Shown here piece after piece: positions 57,669-64,000 of a stretch of DNA of 64,000 bases (the stretch's first letter is position 1; each line of letters starts with the position of its first letter). The notes beneath the pieces are model-generated. The model saw only the letters and a program-made list of their open reading frames with translations, was not told the origin of the DNA and searched no databases. The stretch is from NCBI GenBank assembly GCA_965240325.2, contig OZ251225.1, forward strand, positions 2,790,001 to 2,854,000. Direction: 5' to 3'. Position numbers and translations under genes: made by a program. Origin of the DNA: Rebecca billardiae RCC1528. Taxonomy: Eukaryota > Protista > Haptophyta.

Positions 57669-60600
57669 ATGGAGCCCGGCGGCGACGCGGGGCACTTCAC
57701 CGCCGGATTCGGCGGTGGGGGGCTGCCGCGCGATGCCGCGGGCTCGATCAAGAGCCGATTATACTCGTACGGGCCGCAGAAGCCGAACGCTCTGCTCTCG
57801 CGGCCTGGTGCGATCCGACCGCGCGCGTCTGTGCCGCAGGGCCAGGCAGCGCCGATGAGCGGTGGCACCAAGCAGAATGGGCACTCCACGCTGCCCAAGG
57901 TGCTGCAGGCGAAGGCGGGCGTCACGCCGGCACCTCGCCCGCCGGGCGCCGTGGGCCCGGCCGCCATGTCGCGCAGCTTTGGGGACAACATCGCAACGTT
58001 CTCGAGCGCCAAACCCAGCTCGGGCGTGGTGACGGCCGCCGACGGCACAGTGATCGAGGCGGCACCGATCCCGCTCGTGCAGCTGAAGCGGCGCGCGGAG
58101 GCGGCGGAGGAGGCGCGCAAGCGCATGGTGCGAGCCCCGCCGACCGACGCCGCCGACGACCCGGCGCGCGCGCGGCGCAGCGGGAATGGTGTGGATGACA
58201 CCGCCAACGCCAACGAGGCCAGCAAGCAGCCGCGGCGCAACGACCCGTTCTGGTTCATCCAGATGCTGCGCACCGAGCTGTCGAACAACGAGTTCGCGTA
58301 CATGAACGTCGCGGACACGGAGGGCACCAGCTTCGACCCGTACAACCTGCGCATCGTCCCGTTCAACGAGGTGAACGAGTCGAACCACTACACGATTAGC
58401 GAGGCGGGCGTCACGCACTGCTTCCGCAAGGGCAACCAGGAGTTCGCCGAGTTCACGCCGCTCGAGCAGTGGGAGAACGAGTGCTACCTCTTCCAGGAGG
58501 TGATGGAGATCCCATTCTTCAAGCGGTGCGCGCGCGGGGCGGCGTGCGGCGCGCCAGGGGCGCTCGGCCGCGCGCGGGGCGTGGCGCGTCAGACTGCTGC
58601 GCGTGCTCACGCGATTGCTCGCGCCGGCCGGCCGCGCTCGCTCGCGCGCGCGCGCGCCGCGCGCGCAGGTACCACGCGTGGAAGTCGTACTACGTGTGGA
58701 AGAAGAACATCCAGTCGGACAAGATCTCGATGTGCAAGCAGGTGCTGACCGCAAACCTCTTCGTGCTCAACAGCACGTTCCAGCCCTCGCTGATGCGCGT
58801 GCGCGACCTGTGCGTGCAGCTCTCGACCGAGCGGCTGCACGACATCAAGCCCGGCCGCACGTACACGCTCGCGGAGTTCGAGGAGGCGCAGATCGCGCAC
58901 AAGGCGGAGACGAACAGCAAGCTGCAGGCGTTCTTCGAGGAGGTCAAGCTCGCGGTGCAGGAGGCCTGCGACCAGGCCATCGCCATCTTCGAGGCCGAGA
59001 TCGCCGCGGCCGACGGCGCGAGCGGCGCGGACGGGCTCGCGGCGACGATGACGCCGGGCTCGCCGCCCAAGCGCTCGTTCCTGCAGCAGGCGCAGCTGCG
59101 CAGCGTGTGCACGAAGATCACGAACTACATCCGCGTGGTGGACTACATCGTGCTCTCCACGCTGCACGGCCTCCTCATGTCCTCGCTCACCGACCTGCTC
59201 GGCCACTTCGAGTCGGTGCCCGTCGGACCCAAGCTGGAGCCGGAGCCGGCCGCGCCGGGCGAGGAGAGCGCCGCGCTCACGCGCGCGGCCAAGGCGTCCA
59301 AGTACACGCCGCTCTTCCTGGTGGAGGTGTACTTCGAGGCTCTGGAGAAGACGATCGAGTTCTCCCCCGCCGGCGCCGAGTTCGCCACCAAGATCGACGC
59401 GAGCATCGCCGAGTTCGTCGGGATGGTGCGCACGGTCGGCACGCTGATCTCGGACGAGGTGTTCCGCGACTACACGCAGCCGTACATCAACGGCCGGCAG
59501 GACACGGTCGAGGTGTCGGAGGGGTTCGACATCGTCGGGCTGATCGAGGAGAACGAGGACTACTCCGACGCGGTCGACGCGATCAAGGTCGCCTTCGACG
59601 CCCACTTCAACGAGGTCGTCGAGTACGTGCAGGTCTTCGAGCCGCACAAGGAGATCTACCTCGCCAACTCGCACGAGTTCCACGTGCAGGCGCTGTGGGA
59701 CGCGGGGCTGCCCGTCTTCAAGGAGCACCTCGACCGCTTCGTGGAGCAGGAGGCGCTGCTCGACTCGATCCCGCTGAAGGCGACGATCGGCATCTTCTGC
59801 GCCCAGAACACCAAGCTGCGCGAGCTCTTCCTCCCGTCGCCGCGCATGTGCCTCGAGCAGATCCACAAGCTGCTGCCGCAGATCGGCGCCGACCTCAACT
59901 CCAAGCTGCTCAACGAGACGCAGCACGCGTACGAGAAGCTCTCGAAGCAGCCGGCGGACGTGGCGGAGTTCGTGGAGTACTCGAACTTCTTGAACGAGAC
60001 GAACGGCCGGCAGAAGGAGTTCGGCGACCGCTGGTCCGCCATCGAGGCGCTCTACGCGCTGATGGGCGAGTACAGCGTGAGCGTGCCCGAACAGGACGAG
60101 GCGTCGCGCAAGATGATGGAGCAGTCGCTCAGCCAGCTGCGGTACCAGGTGGCGGTGGTCGAGTCGGCGCAGGAGGAGAAGACGACGCAGTTCACCGACG
60201 ACATCGACAAGGGGATCGCCGACCTGCGCACGCGCGCCGACGCGCTCCTCGCCGACGCGGAGGACGCCAAGCTGTACGACGGCGGCACGGACGTGTCGGA
60301 GGCGATGGACCTGATCAAGAACCTCTACGGAACACTCGAGGAGCTCGAGGCGGACTCGCGCCGGTTCGGCGAGTACCAGGAGATCCTGAAGGTGCCGGTG
60401 ACGCGGTACGACGAGGTGGACAACGTGGCGCACAACCTCAAGCTCAAGCGCTCGCTGTGGCACTCGCTCGACGACTGGTCCTCGCAGACGGAGGAGTGGG
60501 TGCACGCGCCGTTTGAGCAGCTCAACGTCGACACGATGAACGCGTACGTGCAGAAGGTCGACAAGGTGTGCAAGCAGTGCGAGAAGGGGCTGCCCGACAA

Positions 60601-63600
60601 CACGGTGCTGCCGATCCTCAAGGAGAAGGTCGAGACGTTCAAGTCGATCGTGCCGATCATCGACGCGCTGCGCAACGCCGCGCTGCGCGACCGGCACTGG
60701 ACGCAGATCGAGGACACGATCCACTCCAAGGTCGAGCGCGGCGACGGCTTCACGCTCGGCTACCTGCTCGAGCTGTCGGTGAACGAGTACCGCGAGGAGA
60801 TCGAGCAGATCTCGGTGCGCGCGACGCAGGAGAACATCCTGGAGGAGATGCTCGCCAAGGTGAAGGCGATGTGGGCCAACCAGGAGTTCATCGTCAACCC
60901 GTACAAGGAGTCGAAGGACGTGTTCATCCTCGGCTCGCTCGAGGAGGTCACGACCGTGCTCGAGGAGACGCAGGTGCTCGTGCAGACGATCCTCGGCTCG
61001 CGCTTCGTCGGCCCGCTGCAGCAGGCCGTGGACGAGTGGGACAAGCGGCTCCGCCTCTTCTCCGACACGATGGACGAGTGGCTGCAGTGCCAGCGCCAGT
61101 GGATGTACCTCGAGTCGATCTTCGGCTCGGGCGGCGACATCATGAAGCAGCTGCCGCAGGAGACCAAGATGTTCAAGACCGTCGACGCGTTCTGGAAGGA
61201 CACGATGAAGAAGACGAACGTGGACCCGTCCGCGCTCAAGGCGGCCACCGCGAAGGGGCTGCTCGAGCACTTCCAAAAGTCGAACGGCGTGCTCGACAAG
61301 ATCCAGAAGAACCTCGAGGACTACCTCGAGTCGAAGCGCGCGCTCTTCCCGCGCTTCTTCTTCCTGTCGAACGACGAGCTGCTCGAGATCCTGGCGGAGG
61401 CGAAGAACCCGCTCGCCGTGCAGCCGCACCTGATCAAGTGCTTCGACAACATCAAGATGCTCGAGTTCGGCGACCACCCGCAGACGCCCGACATCCTCGC
61501 GATGGTCTCGGGCGAGGGCGAGCGCATCCCGATGGGCAAGAACCTCAAGGTTCGGGGCGAGGTCGAGAGCTGGCTCGGGCTCGTCGAGGAGAACATGATC
61601 TCGTCGCTGCGCAAGCTGATGAAGCAGGGGTGGATGGACTACGAGGAGCAGGAGCGGCTGCCGTGGGTCCGCTCGCACGCCTCGCAGATCGTGCTCACCG
61701 TCGCCAACATCTACTGGGCCAAGTCGATCACGTCGTCGCTCACGGCCGCGGACGCGGGCGAGTCGAGCTACTCGCCTGTCGACAACCTGCGCGCGTCGCA
61801 CCAGAGCCAGGTGGAGCAGCTGAACAGCCTGGCGGAGGCGGTGGCGGGCGAGCTGAGCGAGATCGAGCGGCGCACGATCGTCGCGCTCATCACCGGCGAC
61901 GTGCACAACCGCGACATCACGCAGGCGCTGATCGACGAGGACACGGACGACCAATCCAACTTCACGTGGCAGATGCAGCTGCGCTACTACTGGGACCTCG
62001 ACGAGGACGACTGCCTCGTGCACCAGGTGAACGCGATCGTGCACTACGGGTACGAGTACCAGGGCGCGACCACGCGCCTCGTGATCACGCCGCTCACCGA
62101 CCGCTGCTGGATGACGCTCATCGGCGGGCTGCACCTCAAGCTCGGCGGCGCGCCCGCCGGGCCGGCCGGCACGGGCAAGACGGAGTCGGTCAAGGACCTC
62201 GCAAAGGGCATCGGCCGGCAGTGCGTCGTGTTCAACTGCTCGGACCAGCTGGACTACAAGATGATGGGCAAGCTCTTCGCCGGCGTCGCGCAGACCGGCT
62301 GCTGGATCTGCCTCGACGAGTTCAACCGCATCGACATCGAGGTGCTCTCGGTCGTCGCGCAGCAGCTGCTGCACATCCGGATCGCGCTGCTCGCCGAGAA
62401 GGAGCTCTTCATGTTCGAGGGGCGCGAGATGCGGCTCAAGCCGACGGAGGGCGTGTTCATCACGATGAACCCGGGGTACGCCGGGCGCACCGAGCTGCCC
62501 GACAACCTCAAGGCGCTCTTCCGCCCCGTCTCGATGATGGTGCCCGACTACGCGCTGATCGCAGAGATCATGCTCTACGCAGAGGGCTTCCTCGAGGCGC
62601 GCAACCTCGCGCAGAAGATGGTCAAGATGTACAAGCTGTGCTCGGAGCAGCTCTCGCAGCAGGACCACTACGACTACGGGATGCGGCAGGTCAAGTCGGT
62701 GCTCGTGATGGCCGGCGGGCAGAAGCGCGACAACCCCGACGTGCACGAGAACATCTCGCTGATCCGCGCGATGCGCGAGGCGAACGTGCCGCGCTTCCTT
62801 TCACAAGACCTGCCGCTCTTCGAGGCGATCATCTCCGACCTGTACCCGAACATCGACGTGCCCGAGGTGGACTACGGCGCGCTGCAGGCGTCGATCGAGG
62901 ACACGATGCGCGCCAACAACCAGCAGGTCATCGAGCGCGCCACCATCAAGGTGATCGAGCTCTACCAGACGTTCAACGTGCGGTTTGGCGTGATGCTGGT
63001 CGGACCGACCGGCGGCGGCAAGACGACGTGCTACAAGACGCTGCAGCAGGCGCTGATCAAGCTGAAGGAGCAGCACCCGGGGCAGAATCCGAACTACCAG
63101 GACGTGAACACGTACACCTTCAACCCCAAGTGCATCTCGATGGGCGAGCTCTACGGCGAGTTCAACGAGCTCACGCAGGAGTGGAAGGACGGGATCGCGT
63201 CGTCGTTCATCCGGCAGGCCGTCTCGTACACCGGCCAGAACGACGACTTCCAGTGGGTCGTCTTCGACGGGCCGGTGGACGCGCTGTGGATCGAGAACAT
63301 GAACACGGTGCTCGACGACAACATGCTGCTCTGCCTCGCCAACGGCGAGCGCATCAAGCTCAACAAGAAGATGCACATGCTCTTCGAGGTGCAGGACCTC
63401 GCCGTCGCGTCGCCCGCGACCGTCTCGCGCTGCGGCATGGTCTACATCTCGCCCGACGTGGTGGGCTGGCGGCCGCTCGCGCTGTCGTGGCTCGCGGACG
63501 ACAAGGCGGGCGTGGCGTCGCTGCTCAAGCCCGAGCACACCACCCACCTCCTCGCGCTCTTCGACGCGTACGTGCCCGCCGGCCTCGAGTGGGTGTCGCG

Positions 63601-64000
63601 GCACGCGAAGGAGCACATCCCGACTGTCGAGATGCAGAACGTGGTCTCGCTGATGCACCTCTTCCGCTCGCTGCTGCCCGAGGCGAAGGTGGACCTCGGC
63701 GCGCCGGCGGAGGCGGCGCTGCCGCTGATCAACACGCTCTTCGCCTTCTGCTTCGTCTGGTCGCTCGGCGGCACCTTCGACGAGACCGCGTGGCCCGAGT
63801 TCGACACGTTCGTGCGCGAGAAATTCGCAGAGCACACGTCCTTCCCGCCCTCGGGCGACGTGCACGACTTCTACGTCGAGCTGCCGCAGGGCGAGCTGCG
63901 GCCGTGGGCGGACGTGATGCCCAGCTTCCAGTACGACCCGTCGATGCCCTACTTCAACCTCCTCGTGCCGACCACCGACACGGTGCGCTTTGCGTACATC
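57669..64000 (+). CDS. Axonemal dynein heavy chain (inner arm, DNAH6-like), 3' truncated by the window; intron 58526-58668
   Basis: WMYLESIF, FPRFFFLSNDELLEIL, P1 loop GPAGTGKTESVKDL, CLDEFNRI, GRTELPDNLK, P2 loop GPTGGGKT, WIENMNTVLDDN. Confidence 0.95.

Noticed and set aside
58607-62746. 1379-aa minus-strand ORF
   Set aside because: Antisense shadow of the high-GC3 dynein CDS, which the ORF track omits because it has no stop codon in the window

Overview
This is a GC-rich, intron-containing eukaryotic window, not prokaryotic DNA. The gene content (axonemal dynein, a SHIPPO-repeat protein, signal-peptide-bearing plastid-type proteins) and the very GC-rich GT-AG introns suggest a flagellated alga with a complex plastid, plausibly a haptophyte; this is inference only. 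About 23 protein-coding genes are supported. They include tandem secreted methyltransferase-like paralogs, a signal-peptide UBL/STI1 protein, a mitochondrial carrier, a prephenate dehydratase-TyrA fusion, an FG nucleoporin with POM121/Nup153-like layout, ALDH10, NF-YA-like, Sec16 with a large polyQ tandem repeat, NAA30, LACS, EF-Ts, F-box/Kelch, a sulfotransferase-like gene, FANCF-like, DCP1, URI1 and a dynein heavy chain. Most genes sit in tight head-to-head pairs. The lower-GC spacers between them carry TA-flanked inverted-repeat elements, a dispersed ~48-bp TIR-like repeat, micro-duplications and repeated TACAGTA/TACTGTA heptamers resembling Tc1/mariner excision footprints. All family calls come from motif recognition by eye; no database searches were run.
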